The notes below the pieces were generated by a model that worked only from the letters and a program-made list of their open reading frames with translations, did not search any database and was not told the DNA's origin. A stretch of 64,000 bases of DNA from Phoronis australis (lineage: Eukaryota; Animalia; Phoronida). Where the stretch lies: NCBI GenBank assembly GCA_002633005.1, contig NMRA01000170.1, positions 62,001-126,000 of the forward strand. Direction: 5' to 3'. The position numbers and the translations under genes are program-made. Below are positions 37,840-50,700 of this stretch, piece after piece. Every line of letters begins with the position of its first letter. The stretch's first letter is position 1.

Positions 37840-38749
37840 CCTCATCCAACCAATCAGTTTAGAGACTGCCATACAGGCAACTAAGTTGAGGAGCCTACAA
37901 GCGAACATTTGCATTTCACACTTGCGTGGTCATGGAGTGACTGACTACAGTCGGTATAAACGTATTAAACGATGCAAACCAGCTCGGCTATTGAATAACG
38001 GGCGTGTGACAGGGATCGTCACCGAGCCGACAAAAAGAAGCTCCCCGTGTACAAGGAGCAGTAGAAAGAATGCATGTCAATGGACAAGGTCATGCCGTCG
38101 GCCCAGGAAATCGGTAAACCTGTCCAAAAGTGCCAAGCCAATAGGATTCCATTCACTCAAGACATCAGTCTCAGACACCAGAGTTCTAAGTCAAACGCCT
38201 TGGACTAGGTCTGGCTGGCGTGACACACCTGAAGTGGTTGCGGAAACAAATCGTCTCAGTAGCAAGTAAGTGAATCATCATATTTCACTTTCCCGCAACA
38301 TCTCTATAACGTACCTATCCACCAATTTCAGGAATTATTTCCAAAACAATCATTCGGCAAGACCTACACATCAAAAAGCGTAGTCTGCTCAGCTGATAAA
38401 TCAGCAATTTGATTGGCTACCAGAACTCGTGTCATGAAGTTCTTTTCAAAATCTTTGCGCCCGCGGAAATTTGTTTATTTTCCGAAGGTTTTCGAAGTAA
38501 ATATAAACCATTTAGTTTTTCGTGACACACTGGATTACATAGAATTTTCGGGGTTTTGATTTACCAAAATAAACTTGCTTTTTATTGTGCACTATTTTGC
38601 ACTTTTTATTTGTACATATTCTCAACAGATGTCTCTTTTTCGTTACAACGCTGCTATAAAGCGAGATTGTTATTTCTCTCTTTATAAAATAACTTCCGGG
38701 CCGGGGTTTTCGCATGCAAAAAGTGTTATTTTGAGATGAAAAACAAGAG
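37840..38749. promoter_or_regulatory. Divergent FDFT1/TAF5L promoter with SRE-like elements, CCAAT boxes and an ETS site
   Basis: Minus-strand GTCACTCCAT (37932-37941) and GTCACGCCAG (38215-38224); CCAAT/ATTGG at 37850, 38138, 38322, 38412; ACTTCCGG at ~38692. The two ATGs are 1545 bp apart. Confidence 0.65.
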
Positions 38750-41700
38750 ATGAGGAGAATTCGAAACGAGCAAATTCACGAAATTGTAAACGGTCACATG
38801 AAACGTAGAAAGTATACGGTGAGAGAACAACACATATTATTGCAACACATTTTGTAACATTGGTTCACTTGTTGACGTACGTTGTCTTTGTCGACTGTAC
38901 TTGGAACTAACTACACTTACCTTACTAATGACACAATTAGTTAAAATAGTTTATTAAATAACACTTGCAAGCAGTTCTAGGAAATGTGACTCATATGCAT
39001 GCATGTGGTCTTGTGTATTGTGAAAAACATGTTGTTGTGCAGTAATTAGTCAGTCCGGTGGAGTAAAGTAGTGTTCGAGTAAAGACCCCTTCCTAACTCC
39101 TCTCTCCAAACGACATTACAGACTGTTGCTGAATATATCAAGCAATAGGGGTTGTGTAACACAGACCTTTTTGCCTGTCAAATCTTCTGCATATTTTTTC
39201 ACTTCCAGGTCTAAAAGCTAACACTAGGACACCAATTTTGAAAAATCCACACATTCCCTGAACTCCCTTGACATATTACTAGTTATTGTAAATTTCCGGT
39301 TGCAGGTTTTGAGCCTCTACAAATCAGTTGCCAAGTGGCAATTGCCCTTTGCCCAAATGGTTTGGTGCTCAACTTTCTGGCTGGTGCCCCATATTTTGGT
39401 ACCAGGTGTGAGTGTATGAATTTTATATACCAATGGCAAAAATTTAGAGGTTAATTTGTCTTATATGTCATTATTATTTCCGGAAATTTGCAACACTGTG
39501 TTGCTAAGGTTACGTAGGGCCTTATGGAAAAGACTGTACATTTAGCTAAATGTTTAAAAACTATAGAATATACTTTATGGAAGTAGAAATTCTGTAAAAT
39601 TTAATTTTTTTACCAGTCTGAGATTAATTAGGTCACATGAACATGCTTTTTAATAAAGTATGATAAAACAGAAAGGTGCATGCAAAGCAAAACAATAGGA
39701 TCCATAACATGAGCAAATTTCACATGGTACAATTGTTCAAAATAAAGTCTCAAAAAAGTCTGGTGTAGTTTTCTAAAATATCGTTTTGTTTTTGTTTTGT
39801 GCAACTTTGAAAGATCATTATCGAGTAAGCAAAACGAGACTTGAATGGGATAACATAGATTTTGTTTGGCTAGCTGAGAGATTCACACTTTTACTGTGAA
39901 AAGATACTTTATCTCAATCTGTTCTTGAGCTGCGAAGTGATCTCTTTCCCAATACAGCAAGTGCCCTCGGTGAATGGTACTCAGGTATCACTGATTCTAA
40001 ATGTAGGTCTGATGTAATTTGGCTTTACATGGAAGGCTTTACGTCAGGTGCAAGTGTTTGTCTTGAAGGCAAACATCACCTGAGTAACAATATATGGAGT
40101 GTTCCCAGACATATACAAACAATTAACGACCAGAAAGAGATTGGTTTGAAAAGAATAAATTAGGTGACCATGGAGTACTTTCTAAGTTCAAGGAAATTTT
40201 CTTGTCAGACGGTTGTTTTGATGGACTTGTGAGGATGTGTTATTGTGTTACTGTGTGGCTAGTTGCAAGCGTCACAATTGAATATTCAAAATACCATACA
40301 CGAACCTGCAATGGTAAGCACGGGTAATTGACTCCTGATTTTAGCGGCGAAGCGAAACTCAAGGGTAAAAGATGACTTAGTAAATAAAAGAGAAAAGTGC
40401 CTTTTGTGAAGTTATTAGAATTTATTAACACTCTAGTATTAGAAATTCAAGCCACTAGACATTAATCTCCAGTGTGAACCAGAAAATGAGAGAGAGAAAG
40501 AGAAATGGAAAATATTTTGTAGTGTAAAGTAGCTTATTGCAAAGCTAAACATGTTTTTATAACAAAAATATCTGCATGGGTATAAACACATAACACACAA
40601 CCTATTACGTATTGAAAAGCACTGGCATGTTTCTACAGGGGAAGGGAAATGCAAATTTGAGTTAGGTCGTGACTGTCCTGTTCATTGTAAAGAAATCCCC
40701 CTCCAGTCAAAGCTCACTTCAGTCCTGGTCATTGCAGAGTGCCCTCAGGTTATCATTCATCATTTCAGCTACCTCCCCTAACTTGCTGACAGTTTTTTGT
40801 TTGACCAACTTATCGCTGCCAAGTACTTTTTGAATTTAGTGAGACATCTTTGGAATCTGGAAGCCATTGGTGTCTTTAAATCATTCCAATTCAAAATATT
40901 CTTACTCGAGCTATCAAAATTTCTTTCCAATATGACCCTCATTTGCCTATTAATAAAAAAAATATTTGCAGGCGGACTTGTACACGTTGTACCAGACGTA
41001 GGCAGGCTGCGCATGTGGACCCATTACATTGATCACCTGGAACCATTTTTGTGCTTATATTATAGTTAAAACTGAGCTGAGGAGCTAGAAACCTGACTCA
41101 AGGGTCTTGTAGTGTGGCGCAGTGAGACTCGAACCCACGACCGCAAGTAAAGAAGGCGAGCATCTATCACACTAGTAAAGCCTTGTATTATTTGTGACAG
41201 TCTTGTGTTCTTAACATTGAGTTATTTTAAATTTTTGTCGATTTCATGCCCCATTTTGGATATTTTCTGTTTTAGGAAAGCGAAACCATCAGAAAGAGTC
41301 AACGACTTGCCCAATCAGCACAACAACTGTCGTTGAAAAGTGTTGTAAAATGTGATGACAGTACACAGAATGTGGTGTCCTTCAGCAGTATATCTGGCGA
41401 TGCAACTCAGTGTGATCAGCAGTTCACAAAGTGAGAATTTTTTCTTTTAATGGTTAAAGTGGCTATCAACCCGTGTGTCGTCGAAGAAATTGATTTTTTA
41501 TTTAGATCACTTACCTCTGTAAAATTGAACTGGACGTGAGTTTCCTTACTCGGTTGAGAAATGACTCTGCCTTGCAAAGAACTGAAAATTCATTATTGCT
41601 TGAGACCATGCTCCGAGAATAAACTCACATGCACAGAAATCACATCTCCTTTGAATAAGGATTAACTTGAGACCTACTGCTTAATGGTAAGTGAACTCAC

Positions 41701-44700
41701 TCAAAAGTTGCTTTTTGTGCTGGAAAGTGAGTTTAGAGCAGCTTTATAGTGTGACTTGTTGCATGGAGCTCATATCTACGTGTTGAAAATGTTTGCATAC
41801 TGTTACTGTACTTCATATTGAAATAGCATGCTGGCATTCTTGCCATGTTTAATACAATTCAACAGCTGATTTTTGAAATAGCCATGCCATAATGAAACTC
41901 ACTGTCTCACCTGATGGCGATCATGTCTTTAGTGGACAGACATTCTCCTACTGATATAAGCACCATTTAACACCTTTCCTGTTATTATAATGACAACAAA
42001 TTTCCACTGTTGTGCGTTGTGGTATGCCAGTGGCTTACGGAAAAAGGCAAACCTCTTGAAATATCCATTAATAAAGGACATACGTGTTCCATGTATTTCC
42101 CACTATGAAGAATACGCGGCAGCAAAATCAGTTGCTGCGACTGATAAAGCGGGAGAATTTTGAACCCAGCTGATGTCATCAAGCTGTAATAAGTTAGTGA
42201 TCTTAAACCTGAACAAACAATGGGAGGGAGTTGACAATGGGAGGGTGTTGACAATGGGAGGGTGTTGACAATGGGAGGGTGTTGACAATGGGAGGACGTT
42301 GACAATGGGATTTATTCCTCTGTTTATAAATTAATGAAGCACTGTAATGTATGGTAATTAAATTTCTGTCTACCGAATCTGAGTCGGGATAAAGCGGAAG
42401 TCACTTTCACACTCTCATTACTCTTTAATAGAGAGCTGCAGTATGAATAGCCTGCTATTCAATTTATTATGATTTATTTAAGTCATCTGTAGCAGTTGCT
42501 ACTCAGCGATAAGCTCTCAGTCATAAGCTCCAAGAAAAAGCATACGTAGGGAAGTGACACATATTCAACAAAAATGACTAACCTCACTCTGACACCAGTA
42601 ATGGTGAACAACAGTGTTTTTTGCTTGAGAAATAGTGATAAAACTGGTAACCTGTTTATTCATATTGGTGTTCGTTGTCGTCAAGAAAACAAGTTGATTA
42701 TGAATGCCTAGCTGTCCAAAGGTGGGTTAAATCTACATGATTTCAGAAAATAAAACTGTTCTGAAGTCTATATAAATAACACAAGAACAACAAATGATTT
42801 TATCCTCCACTCACGAGACTGTACAAAGGTCACACAAACACTCTCCATTCAGTCTGTTTTTCTTTTTCTTTTTATGTACAACTTTTCCTTATTTTTTCAG
42901 GCTGAAGACATTCCTGAACAACTCTGTTGAACCTTTGAAGACTGAGTTACAGCCAGTGCTGTATCCTGTATTTGTTCACGTTTATCTGGAACTTATCTCC
43001 AATGGACAGAGAACTCCAGGTGAGGCCTGGTGGTGATAGGAGGTGTTTTGGTATGTCTGTGTCATGAGCGTTTGCCATACAAAGGTTTGAAATCTCTGTA
43101 TTGAAATCTCTGTACGTCAAATTGGATGCTCAATTACAAGAAACTAGAGCGTCTTGTTTCTGAAGGTAAAAACTGCAAACTCTGTCATATGTTGGTCTCA
43201 CAACTTGCTTCTAATAACCACGTTTGGCTATCATTGGCACCATTCTGTAAAAATTTTACTTTGGTTATCAAAATCAAACAAATTGAACACAACACTCCAT
43301 TTGTTTTTAATGGCCTTATTAGACAAATGCAGGCTGATCTTGCATCGGACATCACTTGATGTAAAAGATGACCCAGGCTCATGGCTGTGGAAAGCACAAA
43401 AATCAATACCACAGGCTTCATTATTATTCAAATCATATAACAATAAAATATACAATGCAATTGTCTGTCATGAGACATCTTCAGGTAAGACCTATAAAGG
43501 GGGCTCACAACAACATGATATCGTGGTGTTCAATAAAACTTGTCTCCAGGAAAATTTGTTGCCAAGATAATCAAATGAAACGAGTGATGTACTTAAGACT
43601 TATCTCTAGAACGTGTCCAAAGGCATTTGCTTGTCATAAAATTCAAGCCTTAATTATAGCACTGCTGGGTGACTTTGTAGTGCCATGTTGTTACCCGTGT
43701 TAGGCATTTCAGGTTGTTTTTGGTGTGGAGCTTTGTTAGAAGGTCACTGAATTTATTCCCTCTCATGATTTTGACCTGTAATTATTGAAATTACAGGTCA
43801 CAAGTTCTTCAGCCGTCACCAGGGTTTGTTCAGTCGTAAGGCCAACTGTCAACCATTCCTGGCCACTCTGTCCAAGCTGACCACTAAAGAAGAAGTGGAG
43901 ACCAACCCAGATGTCCAGCACTTTAGGTGGGCTTTGACCACTGCCGCTGTGGTCTTTAAGAAATTCACAACATTTCATCTTGTTGAGAAGTTGTGAAATT
44001 TCTGGACAAATAGCTTTTAATTATTTTCTAATTATTTTATTTTATTTTATTCTGGGTTCCTTTGAACAAAACCTGATGACTTGATAAAAGTACTAAATAT
44101 TTTATATCTATTCTACAGTGTCTGGGTGACTTTTGGGGTTTATTTTTAGATATGAAAGTTAAGTTTGTGTTCACACTGTCATTGAAATTATTGCCTGGAG
44201 GTCTTTGAACAGGCAATATTTAGACCTTCTGCGTTTTTCGACAGTAGTCTTCTGTTTGGGAGTAGCTTACAATGAGAGGCTTTGAGAGTTCCATGACTAA
44301 ATTAAAACTTAATGCACGTTGTGTGTTATGTTCTTGGAACAGATTTTTCCAGGTGAAGAAGTCTTTTAAGAATACACACACAAGATGAAGAAAATTTAGA
44401 AAACTTCACTGCTACGTTTGTTGAAACATGTCTGCGCTTGACGAAACATACACGCATTTTAAGTCATTTTCCCATTAGGAGTGAGACTTCTCTTCTTCCG
44501 AAGTGGGAAATGTTAATTCCAGGAGTTAATCTGCAAGCGAAACTTCCCGTAAAATAGTAGGATTTAAAAGCAAAACTTTGGTACGGTCTGAAACTTCGGT
44601 GTAGTGGGAACACTAAAAGTGAAGCTTCGTTGGGGTTATCAGTTGTGGCTACGATGTGCAATCATGGGAGAGTCGCAAAACGTGTTCTATTGTATTGTAG

Positions 44701-47700
44701 TGTAGCCGACATGCTCTCAATAAATGAACATTAAATAAATAAAGGAAAGCATATCTGATGAAGAGACACTGATTATTTTCATAAGCACTAGTAGGCGAAC
44801 ATTTTTTAGTTAAGCCTTGCGTCGTCTGTTGTCGTAGCGATAACTTCGAAATCGTTTTTAAGTTGGAAAGTTAAGCGAAGTTTCAGCGAAACTTCGGTAA
44901 AACGAAGTCCCCCTAGTGGGAAGGGACTTTAATGCTTAGTGGAACAAACACAGTATAAATATTAGGATTAGCATTCACATTAATTGGATATCAGCTTTTC
45001 CTTGCAAATAGCATTTTATCAGCATTCCTGTTCAGATTTTGTTGATGGACGATATTTTTCCCTAACACTATGTCTTGTTTTACAGGCGTAAGAAGAGTCA
45101 GGTTAGAGTTTCTAGAGCTGCTATGTCCTCGCTGCAGTGCCATCTGGTGACTGGTAACCATGTGCTGATGATACAGATTTTCTCCAAACACATCCAACTG
45201 CAAGGTAAATCGTGTTGACAGGTGTTGGATATTGACTGGTAAATGAGTGTGTGGATATGTTCAATGGACAATGCATTGTGAAGGCACATTGTGTCCACAT
45301 GGTGTGTATTATTACAGGACATGTTTGTCTGCAATATAACAGAGTAAGGATAGTTGAACAGTTCTGGCTTTCCTTTGTTGTGTTGAATCTGAGATGGAAC
45401 TCATGAGTGATATTTTTGTTTTATCTTAGTTTTAGAGGGTGAAAACATTGCCATGATCATTCCTGTAAATTCTAGCTACGATCCCCTTAACTCCAATCTT
45501 GGACAGCCAGACAAATCTTACGGCATAAATTCCTTACCCACAACCCTAAACTCCACACATATGCTAAAAACGATTCATATCCAGTTTGGTGTTTTGTGGT
45601 CTAGGAATACGGTTTAGGCGATTGTCACCAATTTCTGTAATTTCAATTTTTATAGATTATGAGACATCTATACTTACAATATTTTAGTGTAGTGTACAGT
45701 AACATTGTGATTGTAAATCCAACACTGACTCTTCATGATAAATGTATTGTATGTTTTGGTCTGTCAGTTGGAAAATATGGAATGAATACAACAAGCAAAA
45801 GTTACAGTTCAGTGTATGTCATTGTTAATTCATGCTATTTGCCCTTGCAGTCACGGATGATGAAACATGTAAGCTTGACTTTGAGGAGAACCCTGATGCT
45901 CAAAGTACAATGCTGGCGTCCCCACCCTACACTCCTGATAACAAAGTGATACAAAGTGAAGCCAGCCTTAGCACACTGCAACACTGTATCAAGCAAGTGC
46001 GAAACTGTCCGCCCTCGCTGCCTAGTGTCTGCTTCTACACAGTCACCAGCAATGGTCAAGGGTAGGTAGGCTTGAATGGAGGGAGAGTGAGAGCTACGCT
46101 GTTCATACAGGATGTATTCAATAGAGCCAGTCACACGTGGGACACTAGCTGCAGGAAATTTTGGCAAGCTGGGTAATAGAAATAGTGAGCATTCAGGGTA
46201 TATGTTATTGTGTAGCTTCACCCACACGGTACATGCCAAACATTGACCCGGAATTTCCTGTCATGACGGCTGGGCAGAAGTCAAATTCATCATCAGAATT
46301 TCCTCATGACAGAAAAATGGAAGAGAATCAACATCCGAACTGAGCTGTGTCTAATCAATCGACATCACCTCATAATGGAGTATCAGTGGCTTGTAATAAC
46401 AAGTCTTATTGACTGCACCTCAGATTGTCCACAAGTTAGCGTGATCTGAGTGACCTGTATTTACAGTTCCTTCAGAAGGATTGAACTTTGGTTTGAAAAA
46501 ACACCAAAACGTACAAGGTCCATATGGTTGCCATTCTGTGTGCGAACTAGCATTCCCGTATTTGTAGAAGCACTGTGAGACTGGTGTCAGTGGTAATGTG
46601 TAATAAATTTAGACATCTTCCCAAGTAAGCCTAATTAATTTTTTAAACACAACTATTTAGTTATTTATGTTGCTTGTGACTGGGTATTATATGGGTGGCA
46701 ACTACGACTCACTACTTACCAAAAATGACTCATAATTTCTCGTCAGGACGACTCTGGACTACTGAAATTTCTCTTTGTTAGAACTGAGTCCGAGTGGGAT
46801 TCACTGTGACAGTAGTTGGAAGAATGGTCATTGTGTGTCATAATGACAGGAAACAGAATTTTATCTTGTTCATTTTGGCATTTGCTGCATGTATTCTCTA
46901 TCTTCCTGTCTGTGTGTACCGTTTACCAGCAAATGAAAATTAAACTATAGACTAAGTGTTGTTGAAGTATTTTTCATAAATTTTGTAGAATGTGCTGTGG
47001 TTGTGTATCAGAAGACAAGCGCCTCCTTGCGACAGGGTTTGAAGACTCATCAGTACGCTTGTGGACTCTTACTTCATCGCCTCTGGTCGCAGCACCCTCT
47101 GATGTGAACATCAGTCACATTCATCTAGCTGGTGACTATGAAGAGGATATTTTAGAAAAAGAAAGGTACTTCATTATTGCGAGAATAAGCTTATTATTAA
47201 AGGTTTTAAAGTAATGTGTAGAAGCAGAATTATCTTTAATTTGTTATTTCATATTCCTACTGTCAATTTCAGTTACGAGGTCATAGTGAAAGTTTTTTTA
47301 TGAAAATATAATCTTACTTTTAGTTTGTAATTGTCTACGTAGTGCAGATTTACTTCTAGGTGTAAAATGTGTCAAGTTTGTTGATCAGTTCACAGCATAC
47401 GATCTGATGCAGTAGTGCTTTTTGCCTTTAGGGTTAACTTGTATCATCGTCCACACAGTCCATTTGAAGTGTTGACCGTCACATTGGACTCAGTGTGAGT
47501 CTCTGTTAATGTGATGTTTGCACTGCGTTTGTTATTAGCTCACCCTGCCCTTTCTCCTCACCCCAGTTCATGTGAACTGCTTACTTTCTGGGCTCAATAC
47601 AATTACATTGTCAACCAATTTGCACTGTTTTATCTTATCTAGACCCCCTGGTCCATCAGATGTACTCACACTTCGAGGACACAGTGGGTCTGTCTATGGA

Positions 47701-50700
47701 TGTCAGTTCACACCTGACAACAGATACCTACTCAGCTGCTCAGAGGATACAACAGGTAAGTACCTGTGTTTTAATCATTTAATACTGTTGCTTTACTTAA
47801 CCAACTGTTATATTTGGCATTTTGAACTGCTCTATACTAACATTAACGGGAATTTATGAAAACAGAACTGCTTGTTGGCCCATGAACCTGCATTAGGCCC
47901 GTGGGGTTTTATTTGAAGCATAAAATACAATCTTGCATTAGTCACACAGTATATATTGTTGATTTCAGTTCGCCTATGGGACATGAATACCTTTACAAAC
48001 AAGGTGGTGTACCACGGCCATGACTACCCTGTGTGGGGTATTGCTGTCAGGTAAGCGATGTTACGGTAATGCTGCAGCTATTGTCGAGCATGTTTCAGCA
48101 TACAGTGGTCTTTGCGTTAAGGTTCTCACTGACATTGAGCTCAAAGCAGTACCAAATTATAAGCTTGCATTCTTATTTGACTAACAAGCAAGTTTTACAG
48201 ATTTTTCAATGCATTCATGATATTCGCATAATTTAATAATTAGATCAGGGCGTGAAGTCTAATCTCTGTTCTCAAAACTCGATAGGAAAATTGACAAGTT
48301 GTACGGCACACTTCCGGTAAACATACAAATTTACTCTCGAATCATGTGGTCTGATTGGAAGCATTTCAAGTATTTAGTCATGTCTGGAGACCAGGTGGTA
48401 CTCCGTCTGTTTCATGGATTATTTCTGCAAAGTGATCTTTTCATTCAGACTGTGCTCTGATGGCCCATTCATGGGGCCCAATACTGAACGTATAATGTAA
48501 CTTAAACTCGTTCATCTTTACAGCAAACTGGGTCAAACTTTTGCCACATGCTCTCATGACAGAACAGCGAAACTATGGAACACAGAGTACACTTACCCTC
48601 TACGAAGTCTTGTCGGTCACACAATGGATGTTGATGTAATTGGTCTTATTTTTCCAAGCTGTCTATGTCTGCCTACGCTCATTTCATATAATTTTCTTTG
48701 TAAACTTCGGTGTTGAATAACGATAAACCTGTTAGTGCTAAGTGACAGACAGGGTATAGCTAAGTCTGGCATGCAGATATTATTGTGCTATTTCCACGCG
48801 ACTAAGAGCAAAACATTGCTAGTGACTGTAGTCTGCATCGCATTAAATAAGCACCAAAGCACATTAACGCCAGAGGTCAAGGGTCGGGGTGTAGTGTCAT
48901 CGATCATGCAGGATTTTATGACGGCAGTTTTGAGTTTCCCGAACTGCGATAGAGTTTTTCCTGACCCTTGTTCCCACATTGTTATGCCCATCTACAAACT
49001 GTCCCAATAGTTGTTCGTGTGTCACAAGTACAGTCCAGTTTCACTGCTCAGGATTGCATAAAAATACAAAATCACATTCATATTGAGAGTCAAATCACTG
49101 TACATGACTTAACATATTAGGTTTTTTTTCAAAATAATTATGAGTGGTTCCTCATGGGCTCAAGTGTCACCAACAATGGCAGACTTTTAGGAAGCAATGG
49201 TGGTTGGCACTTATTACTTGTATCGCCACCTGGCTGTACTAAAAGGCACTTCTTCGCAGTAGCTGGCATAGGAAAACACATTTGACTTAGTGACAAGACC
49301 CTTTTATAGTGTATGTGATTAGACATGATTCATTTAAATGAAAGTGAAGTTGCCTCCTTGTCCTCTAGAGGCCACTGGTATCCAATCCATGGGATCAGTC
49401 GCCACACTGCTGTTTTAATGTCTCCCATTGTGAGCTCAAGGTAACATTTTGAGTTTGGATTGCTGGGTAGGAACAACAGGTGTGCTGGTTCCATTAAATA
49501 GTTGTTTACAAAGCCTGTAGTTTGCTCATTTGACAGCTGAGTTTAGGGTCCATGTCAACTGGTTCGGAAACAAGTTTTCTGACGATATTGAATAATTACA
49601 GGCTGAAAATCTTACTTGTCGTAATTGGCATCGCAATGTGTGCAGAAGTTGCTCATTCCTTGAATACCTTAGTTATTTGTGAAGCCTTCAAATTGTTGTC
49701 TTTCTATTTTAGTGTGTCCAGTTCCACCCCAACTCTAAATATATAGCCACGGGCTCAGCTGACCGTACAGTGCGATTGTGGTCAGTGGACGATGCTCAGT
49801 CCGTCCGCCTAATGCAGGGTCACAGGAGTGGGGTCTTCTGTCTGGCATTTGCACCGGACGGACAATACCTGGCCTCAGCAGGTAAGGCAGGTGTATGCAG
49901 GTATTTGCAGCTGTATGTTGTTTGGAACTGAGATTGTTATTTAGTAATAACTGTAGCCAGTGGGGAAAATTGTGTGGGCATTGAGTGACGGCTGTAGCAA
50001 CGTTCAGAAATTGAATATTTTACAATGAATTGCATGGTTTTTTCTTGACGATCATACCGCTTTGACAAGCAAATTAATATTGGACTTAGTGTGGAGCAAT
50101 AAGGACCCGTGAATTCTTCTCAAGCCAACATGTAGTAATCATTTCTTATCTCAATAGGGAATACAGTGATACCGATTTCGTAACAGTAAATGACCTAAAT
50201 CAAAAGTTGCATTTGACAGAAGGTTTTGTGTACCTTTAAAGTGAGATTGCGCATGAATGTCCTAAGGTTACAATCAGTGGCACTGTTATAGTGGGACACA
50301 CATGTTTTTCTATTGTGAGATGTGTTTTGTTCCAATTTGCATTTGGAGAAATAATTCAAGTTCTCAAGATGAGTCGAGCCAGCACTTTAATTTTCCACAA
50401 AGGTCAAAGGCGGAATTTTCTGTTTCTTCAATTGTCTCAAACTTGTTTTTGTCTTAGTTTAAATATGCATGGTTTTTGGGCATCTGTGCCCATTTTCACG
50501 AAACAGTTCCAAATAGGAACTCAACTAGGTTCCCTAAATCTTTCATATTTGCCTTGTTCTTTAGGTACAGATGTGATATTTTTTTCTGACTCATTTTATC
50601 TTTATTATGAGCTCCTCTTTGACCATGAGCATTTTCTAATAAAATAACTAAAAACTGAGCCCTTAATTCCGTTAGTATAATTAGGGACTAAGTCCTTAAA

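Noticed and set aside
37886-38269. 127-aa + strand ORF between FDFT1 and TAF5L
   Set aside because: Non-ATG start, no recognisable domain, and it overlaps GC-richer promoter DNA where open frames arise by chance.
39897-39899. Selenocysteine or readthrough TGA
   Set aside because: No gene context, no redox motif and no SECIS recognisable nearby.
41985-42305. ORFs with STPSHCQHPPIVNTLPL repeats
   Set aside because: Translations of the 17-bp minisatellite.
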